From NCBI RefSeq assembly GCF_015500075.1, contig NZ_CP045496.1, positions 6,012,747-6,044,746 on the forward strand: DNA of 32,000 nucleotides, given 5' to 3'. The position numbers and the translations under genes are program-made. Under the pieces are notes generated by a model. It ran no database searches and had not been told where the DNA came from. It saw only the letters and a program-made list of their open reading frames with translations. Position 1 is the stretch's first letter. The number at the start of each line of letters is the position of its first letter. This DNA comes from Mesorhizobium sp. INR15 (GTDB lineage: Bacteria > Pseudomonadota > Alphaproteobacteria > Rhizobiales > Rhizobiaceae). Shown one piece after another: positions 17,663 through 25,469 of the stretch.

Positions 17663-18310
17663 TCAGGATCGGCCGGACGCCGCGTGGGACAGCCTGGCCA
17701 TCCACGCCGCGACAACGTCCTCGTCCTCGGCACATATGTCATGCCCGCCGCGGGGCAGGATCTCAGTGCGAACCACGGCGCCGGACAATCGCAGCTGCCG
17801 CGCCAGGCGTTCATCGTCGCCGGCGGGCATGACCGGATCATCCGCGCCGGAGACGATCAGGACACGCTTGCCACCAAGATCGGAAACGGGTGGCTTCGCC
17901 AGCGGCATCATCGGCCGCAGCAACGCCGCCCCGGCAAGCGCGGCGGGACGCAGGAACAGCATGGCGGCGGCGATGTTGGCGCCGTTGGAAAAGCCGATCG
18001 CGATGGGCGGCGGCAGATCGTGGACCGCCTGCGCCGCCGCCACGAAATCGGCGAGCTCCCCAGCGCGCCTTCGCACGTCGTCTTCGTCCAGGATGCCTTC
18101 GGCGAAGCGGCGAAAATATCGCGCCTTGCCTTGCTCCAGCACCTTTCCACGCGGCGACAGCAGCGCATGGCCGGGTGCGACCAGACGGCCGAAGGGCAAC
18201 AGCGCGTTCTCATCTCCGCCGGTACCATGCAGAAGCAGAACCGGAATGGCGTCAGCCGGCCCCGGTTCGAAGTGATGAATGAAAGAGAGTTCGGGAGCGG
18301 CCATGAGCAT
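17663..18310 (-). CDS. Alpha/beta hydrolase, phospholipase/carboxylesterase family (MhqD/YpfH-like)
   Basis: ORF track 215 aa. Motifs: PVLLLHGTGGDE, nucleophile elbow GFSNGA, C-terminal GGHDI. An alternative start is ATG 18304 (AGGA 7 nt upstream). Confidence 0.8.
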   Translation of the reverse strand: MLMAAPELSFIHHFEPGPADAIPVLLLHGTGGDENALLPFGRLVAPGHALLSPRGKVLEQGKARYFRRFAEGILDEDDVRRRAGELADFVAAAQAVHDLPPPIAIGFSNGANIAAAMLFLRPAALAGAALLRPMMPLAKPPVSDLGGKRVLIVSGADDPVMPAGDDERLARQLRLSGAVVRTEILPRGGHDICAEDEDVVAAWMARLSHAASGRS

Positions 18311-18382
18311 GTCCTGAGAGTGGGAGAGACATCGAGCCGAGCGCGGCCGCCTGGCGGCAGCCGCGCGGAGCGTTGACCTGCG

Positions 18383-19324
18383 TCAGCCAAGCGCGGGCAG
18401 GACTGCCTCGATCATGGCGCGGCGCGCTTCGAGCCAGGGCGGCAGTTTCAGATTCCGGCCAAGATCCGCTGACGGCTCGTCCACGGTGAAGCCTGGCTCG
18501 TCGGTGGCGATCTCGAAGCGAACTCCGCCCGGCTCGCTGAAATAGACCGAGCGAAAGTAGTTCCGGTTCAACTGCTGGGTGACGGGAATGGAATGCGCCT
18601 CGGCGAGTTTCCCGGCCATCTCGGCCTGGACGGCGTCATTGGCGGCACGGAAGGCGACGTGATGTATCGAGCCGGGGCCGAGGCGGCCTTCAGGAGCATC
18701 CTTGTCCACGTGGATGTCGACAATGCCGCCAAGCGTCGTGTCGCCAGCCTGGAACCGCGTCACGTTGCCCTCGAACGCGATGGGTGTGAACCCAAGCACC
18801 CCGCTCAGGATCGCGGCGGTCGGGGTGGCGGCCCGCTCCAGCAGGCTGATGCCGTGGAAGCCGCGCAGCGCATACGCCTCCGGCACATCGCCACCGGCGA
18901 AGGCAGGCTCTGCTTCAGCCCCATGAACACCCACGAGTGCCAGCCTGACGCCATCGGCATCCTGGAAGGGCAGCACCGTCTCGCCAAAACGCTTGAAGCG
19001 CGGCTGCTGGACCACCCCCTTCTCGGCAAAGCGCGCGGCCCAGTAGTCGATTGCGTTGGCCGGCACACGATAGGTGGTTTCCTGCGCTTGCCCGGCGCCG
19101 AGCCGACCCGGCTCCTTCTGCGAAGGGAAGAAGGTTATGATGGTGCCGGGCTGGCCAGCGCCATCGCCATAGTAGAAATGATAGACTTCGGGGTCATCGA
19201 AATTGACGGTCTTCTTGACGAAGCGCAGCCCCAGAATGGCCGTGTAAAATTCGACGTTTTGACGGGCGGGCCCGCAAAAAATCGTCACATGATGGATCCC
19301 ATAACTACCCACGGCCAGTACCAT
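18383..19324 (-). CDS. Two-domain VOC/glyoxalase-fold ring-cleaving dioxygenase (MhqO/LinE/PcpA-like hydroquinone-type dioxygenase)
   Basis: ORF track 18383..19546, trimmed to ATG 19324 (MVLAVGSYGIHHVTIFCGPARQNVEFYTAILGLRFVKKTVNFDDPEVYHFYYGD). The second module has IHHVAFRAANDAVQ and RNYFRSVYFSEPGGVRFEIATD. The upstream 74 codons are non-coding-like and span a conserved intergenic motif. Confidence 0.8.
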   Translation of the reverse strand: MVLAVGSYGIHHVTIFCGPARQNVEFYTAILGLRFVKKTVNFDDPEVYHFYYGDGAGQPGTIITFFPSQKEPGRLGAGQAQETTYRVPANAIDYWAARFAEKGVVQQPRFKRFGETVLPFQDADGVRLALVGVHGAEAEPAFAGGDVPEAYALRGFHGISLLERAATPTAAILSGVLGFTPIAFEGNVTRFQAGDTTLGGIVDIHVDKDAPEGRLGPGSIHHVAFRAANDAVQAEMAGKLAEAHSIPVTQQLNRNYFRSVYFSEPGGVRFEIATDEPGFTVDEPSADLGRNLKLPPWLEARRAMIEAVLPALG

Positions 19325-19453
19325 TCTTTCTCTGCGTGTTGATGTTGATCGCGCGGATGCGCCGGGCATCGATCGCAGCCGCTGCCACGGTGCGGCGCCC
19401 GAAAATGCTTGCCGCACAAGGGCTGGAGATACGTAACAAGCGGCCGGGATCGT

Positions 19454-19490
19454 GTGTAGTTTGATAAACGATGGAGTATTACAGTTTTCG
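19454..19490 (-). promoter_or_regulatory. Copy C of the bipartite motif CGAAAA-N-TGTAAT-N18-CTACAC (candidate promoter/operator upstream of the dioxygenase gene)
   Basis: The minus strand reads CGAAAACTGTAATACTCCATCGTTTATCAAACTACAC. The core GGAGTATTACAGTTTTCG (19473-19490, plus strand) matches 17341-17358 at 17/18 positions. It lies in the 196-nt gap between the maleylacetate reductase and dioxygenase genes. Confidence 0.35.
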
Positions 19491-19520
19491 GCGTGCCGAG
19501 CTTTTCGTTGACGGCCTGCC

Positions 19521-20579
19521 CTATTCCTGTGGAGCAACGCCTTCATAGGCTCTCGTCACCAGCGCGCGCAGTGCGTCTTGTTCGAGCGGCCGCGGATTCC
19601 AGTAGGGGTTTTCCAGCGCGCGGCCGACAGCCTCCTCGATATGCGGCCGCGACATGCCGATGTCCTTGAGCGCGCGCCTGGCGCCAACAGCACCGGCAAG
19701 GTCGTAGAGGCCAAGCGCGGCGTCGCGGACGCCGAGTGCCGCCGCGATCTTGGCGACGGCTTGCGGCGCCGCTCCTGCATTGTAGGCAAGGGCATGCGGC
19801 AGGACGATCGTATGCGTTTCCGCATGCGGCAAGCCGAGCAAGCCTCCCAGTGTGTGGCAGAGCTTGTGGTGCAGCGCCATGCCGACCGCGCCGAGGCACA
19901 TGCCGCACAGCCAAGCGCCGTATAGCGCCAGGGATCGCGCTTCCTGGTCGCCGGGCTTCTCGACAATCCGAGGCAAGGCCCTGGCCAGCGCGCCTATGCC
20001 TTCGGCGGCCATCAGGTCGACCACCGGATTGCGGTTACGCGCATACAGCGCCTCGACCGCGTGTGCGATGGCGTTGATGCCGCTGGTACCGGATATCAAT
20101 GTCGGCAAGGCAAGCGTCAGATCGACGTCATAGATCACGGCTTCGGGCAATATCTTGCGGTCGGTTTGCGTGATTTTCGCGCCGTCAACCGTCTCACCGA
20201 GAACCGATGTCATTTCCGAGCCGGCATAGGTGGTGGGGATGACGATCTGGGGCAGATCCGTGCGAAGCGCTATGGCTTTGCCAAGGCCGATTGTCGACCC
20301 GCCGCCGACGGCGACAACACCGTCGATCCGAAGATCGGCAACCACGGCCATTGCCGCCCGCGTAGTGTGCAATGGCGTGTGCATGGCGGCTTCGGCGAAG
20401 ATGCCCGCCGCGCGATCGCCCAAGAGAGCAGCCACCTGCCCCGCTAGCCGCTGCCGTGGCGTCGACAGGATCAGAACACGGTTCAAACCCAGTCGCTGGG
20501 CCTCCGAAGGCAATTGCGCCAGCGTTCCCGATCCGAAGAGCACGCGGGCCGGATTGGCGTTGTAGACAAAGCCATGCAT
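19521..20579 (-). CDS. Maleylacetate reductase (iron-containing alcohol dehydrogenase fold; LinF/PcpE/TfdF-like)
   Basis: ORF track 352 aa. The N-terminus MHGFVYNANPARVLFGSGT is typical of maleylacetate reductases. Also VAVGGGSTIGLGKAIAL. Confidence 0.8.
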   Translation of the reverse strand: MHGFVYNANPARVLFGSGTLAQLPSEAQRLGLNRVLILSTPRQRLAGQVAALLGDRAAGIFAEAAMHTPLHTTRAAMAVVADLRIDGVVAVGGGSTIGLGKAIALRTDLPQIVIPTTYAGSEMTSVLGETVDGAKITQTDRKILPEAVIYDVDLTLALPTLISGTSGINAIAHAVEALYARNRNPVVDLMAAEGIGALARALPRIVEKPGDQEARSLALYGAWLCGMCLGAVGMALHHKLCHTLGGLLGLPHAETHTIVLPHALAYNAGAAPQAVAKIAAALGVRDAALGLYDLAGAVGARRALKDIGMSRPHIEEAVGRALENPYWNPRPLEQDALRALVTRAYEGVAPQE

Positions 20580-20588
20580 CGTCAGGCT

Positions 20589-21578
20589 TCAGGCAAAGCG
20601 GGGAAACAAGGCCTGCGCATTGCCCCTGGCGATGGCGTGGCGCTGTTCATCGGTCAAAGGGAAATCATCCAGCAGTTGCCGGTAATACGCCGAGCGCTCC
20701 TTCGCCGCGAACGGCCAGTCGCTGCCGAACGTGATGTGCGTCGGTTCCGCGAAGGAAAGCAGGCTTGGCAACGCATAGGGCGTGCTGGACAAGGCTGTAT
20801 CGAAATAGAATCGTCGCAACCGGTTGATGCCGCTTTCGCTGCTGCCGTCGGCCGAACACAGATTGGCAAAGCGCTGCGCCGCGTAAGGCAGGAATCCGCC
20901 GGCATGTGACAGGATTATCCGCAGGCGTGGAAAGCGTTCGAGGCAGCCTGACTTTGCGATGTTGATCGCCGCCCGCGTCGTGTCGAGCAGGAAATCGGCG
21001 GCATAGGAAGGGATGCCCGGCACTTCGTCGCTGGGAAGCGCGCAGGGATGGATAAGGATTGTCGCCCCACGGCGATCCAGCTCCGCCATCAGCGGGTCCC
21101 AAGATGCATCGCCAAGATAGGTGCCGCCGATGTTGCTGAGCAGGATAATGCCATCGGCCTGCAGCGTATCGAACGCATGGGCCGTCTCGGCCAGCGCGCC
21201 ATCGAGATCCGGCAAAGGCAGCGTCGCAAGGAAGCCGAACCGCTTCGGATATCTCGAGACAATGTCGGCGGCAAACTCATTGACCGCCCGGGCCATCCCG
21301 CGCACATCGGCATCCGCATCGAGGTAGACGCCTGGCGTCGAGACCGAGAGAACGCTGGCGGCAATGCCGTTTTCATTCATCAGGTCGAGAGCGCCCTCAA
21401 GGCTCCATTTGGGAAGCGGCCGGTCTCCATCGGCGATGCCTCGGCTGTCGAGCCAGGCGGCATATTGCGGGGGGAGAATATGATGATGGGTGTCGATGCG
21501 GCTATCGTTGCCTGTCGCCTTGGCCGAGTCTGACGCGCATCGGGATTGCCCATGCGAGCGCGGCAAATCAGTATTCAT
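20589..21578 (-). CDS. Amidohydrolase_2-family metal-dependent decarboxylase/hydrolase (ACMSD / gamma-resorcylate / hydroxybenzoate decarboxylase-like)
   Basis: ORF track 329 aa. HxH metal motif in IDTHHHILPPQY and C-terminal FGSDWPF. GAGGAC Shine-Dalgarno lies about 8 nt upstream of ATG 21578. Confidence 0.7.
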   Translation of the reverse strand: MNTDLPRSHGQSRCASDSAKATGNDSRIDTHHHILPPQYAAWLDSRGIADGDRPLPKWSLEGALDLMNENGIAASVLSVSTPGVYLDADADVRGMARAVNEFAADIVSRYPKRFGFLATLPLPDLDGALAETAHAFDTLQADGIILLSNIGGTYLGDASWDPLMAELDRRGATILIHPCALPSDEVPGIPSYAADFLLDTTRAAINIAKSGCLERFPRLRIILSHAGGFLPYAAQRFANLCSADGSSESGINRLRRFYFDTALSSTPYALPSLLSFAEPTHITFGSDWPFAAKERSAYYRQLLDDFPLTDEQRHAIARGNAQALFPRFA

Positions 21579-21858
21579 TCTGTCAGTCCTCGACTCTGAA
21601 AATAATACACGCCACGGCGGTGCGGCGATCCGAGCCGGTGACGCACCGCGAATTTAGAACGGACACTTTCCCAGCTGCATATCGCGGCGACGAGCAAACG
21701 ATCGAGGTCGAACAATCCCGGATAAATTTCGATATACTTCGGTTGCGTAAAGCATAATTGCCGGGCTTGTGTTCGTTCGAGACTGTTTTATGAATGTCGC
21801 GTTTTAGAGCGGTCGATGTTTCGTTGATGCCGGCAAGCTAACGAGCCCCGGGAACCGG

Positions 21859-21895
21859 GACTAGATTGATAAACGGCACATCATTACGATTTTCG
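21859..21895 (-). promoter_or_regulatory. Copy D of the bipartite motif CGAAAA-N-CGTAAT-N18-CTAGTC in the divergent decarboxylase / AraC intergenic region
   Basis: The minus strand reads CGAAAATCGTAATGATGTGCCGTTTATCAATCTAGTC. On the plus strand, 21866-21897 matches 19461-19492 at 24/32 positions, including the identical block TTGATAAACG. It ends 18 nt before the AraC ATG (21914). Confidence 0.3.
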
Positions 21896-21913
21896 GCACC
21901 CAAGGGTACTGCC

Positions 21914-22777
21914 ATGAGCGAACAGCCGGACACATTGACGACAGCGCTTGCGCCCGAACTGAGCGAGCGGATCAAATGGATAGTCAGCGAGTTCAAGGTC
22001 GATATTCTGACCGCGATCAACTGGCGCATCGCCGCGCCATGGTCACTGGCTTCGCGCCGGGTCAACGACAGTTTCTTCCTGTTTCCGGCCAAGGGAGTGG
22101 TGAAAGTCACCAGCGAAGGCACGGTCTACAGCGCCGCGCCCGGCCAGTTCATCATGCTCAGGGACAATGTCGAACACATGGTGGAGCTGGGCGACGGCTG
22201 CACCGAGCTCGACATGATTGCGGTCCATTGCCACATCAAGAATGTCTGGAAAGTGCCGCTGCTCAATTTCTTCGTCCAGCCGACGGGACGTCTGCGTGGT
22301 CCCGTCGCGGATATGGCTGAATTGCGAAGCTTCGTGTCGGTGTTCAATACCGACAGCCAGTCGGGACAGAACTGGGGCAGCGCCTTCTTGAAAAGCCTGC
22401 TGATCCATGAAATTCTCGATGGCGCCCAACTGCTTCCGAGAGACGATCATCTCGACCATCGCATCAGCAAGTCGCTGCTGAAGATCCATGATTTCTACAG
22501 CCAGGATATCTCGGTCGATAGCCTCGCCGGCGAGAGCAAGCTCAGCCTTGTCCAGTTTCGAAAACTATTCAGGCTGCATGTCGGTGTCGGACCGAAAAAA
22601 TATCTCATTCAGTACCGCCTGAATGCCGCTAAGAAACTTCTGCAGGAGAGCGACCTCTCCTTGAAGGAGATCGCCGGAGTTGTCGGATTCCAGAGCGTCC
22701 AGTATTTTCACTCTGTGTTTCGGGTCAATTTTAAGAGCACGCCGGGCGAATTTCGCTACAAGTCAAAGCGCATATGA
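21914..22777 (+). CDS. AraC-family transcriptional regulator
   Basis: ORF track 21866..22777 has a TTG start; ATG 21914 (MSEQPDT) is more likely. C-terminal double HTH: LAGESKLSLVQFRKLFRLHVGVGPKKYLIQYRLNAAKKLLQESDLSLKEIAGVVGFQSVQYFHSVFRVNFKSTPGEFR. Confidence 0.85.
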   Translation: MSEQPDTLTTALAPELSERIKWIVSEFKVDILTAINWRIAAPWSLASRRVNDSFFLFPAKGVVKVTSEGTVYSAAPGQFIMLRDNVEHMVELGDGCTELDMIAVHCHIKNVWKVPLLNFFVQPTGRLRGPVADMAELRSFVSVFNTDSQSGQNWGSAFLKSLLIHEILDGAQLLPRDDHLDHRISKSLLKIHDFYSQDISVDSLAGESKLSLVQFRKLFRLHVGVGPKKYLIQYRLNAAKKLLQESDLSLKEIAGVVGFQSVQYFHSVFRVNFKSTPGEFRYKSKRI

Positions 22778-22841
22778 GAATACGCTGGCCGAGAGACCTG
22801 GCGCTGCAAGACGCCCTGATCGCAACGGATATCCGACGCCT

Positions 22842-23672
22842 TTAAAGAAGGCTCAAGTCAATCTCGGTGATGTGCCAGCGTCCCAGATTGGCGGTGTAGA
22901 GCTTGTCCCCCTTGAAGGCGATATTGGTGGGATGCGCCAAAATGGTCGCCGCTTGATCCTCGATCAGCACTTCGAGGCCTCTGTCTTCTCGCCAGCGATA
23001 GATCCGGCTTGGCTCGTAGCATGAAATGAACAGCGACCCGTCGGGCGCGAAAGCCACGCCATCCGGAACATTGTGGACGCCTTCGATGACGACCCGCCGC
23101 CGCCCCGCCGTCCCGTCGGCAAGGATCGGCACACAGCTGATGCATGGCGCGTCGCTTTCCACGACGTAGAGACCGTTGCCATCCGGCGCCATGGCCATGC
23201 CGTTGGCAAATGACATCGCCTCCCGGCACCATAGGCCGCCCTCGCCTGTCTTCAGGTCAAAGCGGAAAATCCCCGAGCGTTTGTCTTCACCAACACTGTC
23301 CGACACGTAGAGCCAGCCTCTGGCCTCGTCGACGACTGGGTAGTTCGGCACGCGTATTCCCGCCGAAGCGAAACGTTCCATGCGAGCCGTCACGGCATCC
23401 CAGCGGAAGATCGCGGCGTGCTTCAAGTCGCAGGCAAAACAGTTCCCCGTGCTGTCGAAAGCAATGCCGAGCAGGAAGCCATCGGTGCCACCCATGCGCT
23501 CGACCGAGCTGCCATCGGCAGCCAGCCGCAAGAGGTCGCCGGTTTCGGTGCCGCACCAGACCGACCCGTCGCGGTGGACGGCCACGCCCTCCGGATGCGC
23601 GACGCGTGGACTGGTGAAGATCCCGTCGAAGAAGACCCGCGCGGCGGAGATGTCGAGCAGCGGCTTGGCCAT
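22842..23672 (-). CDS. SMP-30/gluconolactonase/LRE-family beta-propeller protein (putative lactonase)
   Basis: ORF track 276 aa. Repeated blade-like segments (HPEGVAVHRDGSVWCG, GIAFDSTGNCFACD, PVVDEARGWLYVSD, ANGMAMAPDGNGLYVVE, PDGVAFAPDGSLFIS). Perfect AAGGAG Shine-Dalgarno lies 7-8 nt upstream of ATG 23672. Confidence 0.75.
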   Translation of the reverse strand: MAKPLLDISAARVFFDGIFTSPRVAHPEGVAVHRDGSVWCGTETGDLLRLAADGSSVERMGGTDGFLLGIAFDSTGNCFACDLKHAAIFRWDAVTARMERFASAGIRVPNYPVVDEARGWLYVSDSVGEDKRSGIFRFDLKTGEGGLWCREAMSFANGMAMAPDGNGLYVVESDAPCISCVPILADGTAGRRRVVIEGVHNVPDGVAFAPDGSLFISCYEPSRIYRWREDRGLEVLIEDQAATILAHPTNIAFKGDKLYTANLGRWHITEIDLSLL

Positions 23673-23675
23673 GAA

Positions 23676-25469
23676 TCAGCTCCTTGCGACGTCCCGTCTT
23701 TGCTGTAGCGCGATGCATCTTTCGACCACTGCGCGGTCGGCCGCGAGGATCTCGGCGATGAGCGCACCACGCTCCTTGGCGCTGACGAACTCGAGACGGC
23801 GAAGGCCCAGCGGATCGATGCGGTTTCGCAGGACAGCGAGCGTATCGCCGGAAGGCAGTGGGACCTCCTTGCAACCGGCATCGAACGTCACTGCAAATCC
23901 GGTGGCATTACGGATCTGCTCGTGCGTGACGCCGGGCATGGTCTCGATGACGGTCAATTCCCGGGATGTTTGATCGAGCCGAAAGACGCAAAGATTGGTG
24001 AAGACCAGTGCACTGCCGGTGCGATAGCCCATCGGCTCGCGCTCGGCGGGCGTCAGGAGCCCACGGGCGGAGCTGACGATCTCGACCTGATCCACCAGGG
24101 ACTGCACCGAATGGCGGGGAATGTAGAGCAGGTAGTCGCGATGCATGTTGGCGACGTCGGCCATGCCGCCCTGACCGGGCAACCGGATAAGGCCGCCGCT
24201 TGGTTTGCGCAGTGCGATGGTGTTGACACGGCCACATCGATCGACCTGCGCGGCGCCGACGATCTCATGCGTTACAGCACCTGCCTGGTAGTAGGTCGAG
24301 TAAGTGTCGTCGCCACCAGCATGCGCCACTGCCGTCTCGCAATCCAAGCTTTCGATCAGTGACAGGATCATCGGGCTTGGCGCGATGTCGAGGTGACCGC
24401 AACTCATGGTCGCGATGATCATGTCCGGCGCGTGCGTTGCCTTGGCCAGCCTGTAGGCGACATTGGCCAGCGGCGACACCGCGCCGGCGCTGGCAAAACT
24501 CTCATTGCCGAGTTCGGCGGCGATGCGTACGGCGATGATCTCGTCGACGGCGGCTTTCTTTTCGCCAGGCGCAAGTGTCGGCATGGCGACAACCGTTTCA
24601 GCGCGGACCTTGGCGGCTTGCCGGAGCAGATCCGGCATGCCTTCAGACGGCAGGCGCAAAGTGTCCGCCAAAGGCGTTTCCCTTGTCGCGAACGCCTCCG
24701 ACAACGCCTGATAATCCGTCACATGGAATGGCAGGCACGATGCCGGATAGGCGCCGCCCGGCGCCAGCGCTATGGCCGAAACATGGTTGCGGGTAAGAAT
24801 GCTCTGGCGCCCGTCCTGCCGAAGCGCCCCGACCGGGACGATTTCCTCGACCGTGACCAGAACCTTGCGCGCCGCGCCCGCCATGGCGAAGTCGAGTGCG
24901 CGGGGGCCTATGATCTGCACATTGCCGCTTTCATCGGCGCGCTGGGCATGGACGACGAATGTATCAAGGCGCAGAGGTGGTATGAAACCCGTAACGGTCC
25001 CGCCGATGGGATCAGGCGCGGCGATCGCGCGGGGCACGCGCGCCAGCATGTCGGACCCTTGCGGGAGCTGGAACGGCATCGACGGCAGGTTCTGCTGTGC
25101 TGCCCGCAAGGCCTGGATCATGGCCAGCGCCGTCCAGTCACGGACCTGAATCATGCCGGTCTCAGCGGCGGCACGAAAACGCGGCGGAAGGCCAAAAATG
25201 TCGAGGCTGGAAAAGCAGAGATCAATTTCCGCTACGGCCTCCGCCTCGAGCAGCAGTTCGAGCGGCAAGCCGCCGGCCCAGCAGACGTAGCGCAGGTCCC
25301 CGACGCCGGAACTGGCGATCGCGCCCAGCAATGCGATGGGCAGCCGGGCGAAATGATGGCCGCCAACGCCGAAGACATCCCCCTGGCCAACCATGGCGGC
25401 AAGCCCATCAACATCGGTGAAGCGCGGCCGGTTCGGTTTGACCAGAGACATTGCCAGGCGATCAGTCAC
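23676..25469 (-). CDS. Family I CoA-transferase with fused A and B subunits (glutaconate / 3-oxoacid CoA-transferase-like)
   Basis: ORF track 597 aa, about the summed length of separate A and B subunits. The N-terminal half has the subunit-A motif VGQGDVFGVGGHHFARLPIALLGAI. GTG 25469 overlaps the upstream stop (GTGA); the alternative start is ATG 25451. Confidence 0.65.
   Translation of the reverse strand: MTDRLAMSLVKPNRPRFTDVDGLAAMVGQGDVFGVGGHHFARLPIALLGAIASSGVGDLRYVCWAGGLPLELLLEAEAVAEIDLCFSSLDIFGLPPRFRAAAETGMIQVRDWTALAMIQALRAAQQNLPSMPFQLPQGSDMLARVPRAIAAPDPIGGTVTGFIPPLRLDTFVVHAQRADESGNVQIIGPRALDFAMAGAARKVLVTVEEIVPVGALRQDGRQSILTRNHVSAIALAPGGAYPASCLPFHVTDYQALSEAFATRETPLADTLRLPSEGMPDLLRQAAKVRAETVVAMPTLAPGEKKAAVDEIIAVRIAAELGNESFASAGAVSPLANVAYRLAKATHAPDMIIATMSCGHLDIAPSPMILSLIESLDCETAVAHAGGDDTYSTYYQAGAVTHEIVGAAQVDRCGRVNTIALRKPSGGLIRLPGQGGMADVANMHRDYLLYIPRHSVQSLVDQVEIVSSARGLLTPAEREPMGYRTGSALVFTNLCVFRLDQTSRELTVIETMPGVTHEQIRNATGFAVTFDAGCKEVPLPSGDTLAVLRNRIDPLGLRRLEFVSAKERGALIAEILAADRAVVERCIALQQRRDVARS

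Noticed and set aside
15513-17735. 740-aa version of the binding-protein ORF, and similar 5'-extended ORFs at 9522-12128, 18383-19546, 11632-12765, 12660-13676 and 30346-31941
   Set aside because: The extensions are Arg/Pro/Cys-rich and non-protein-like. They run through upstream genes or conserved intergenic motifs. Internal starts have good Shine-Dalgarno sequences, signal peptides or ATGA coupling and give family-typical lengths.
19390-19417. Hairpin GTGCGGC...GCCGCAC after the maleylacetate reductase gene as a terminator
   Set aside because: It has a 7-bp stem with a 14-nt loop and no following U-tract on the minus strand. That is too weak to call.
21851-21875. EcfG-type general stress promoter (GGAAC-N16-...)
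   Set aside because: GGAAC is followed after 16 nt by AACG, the reverse complement of the expected CGTT, so the -10 element is not on the same strand.
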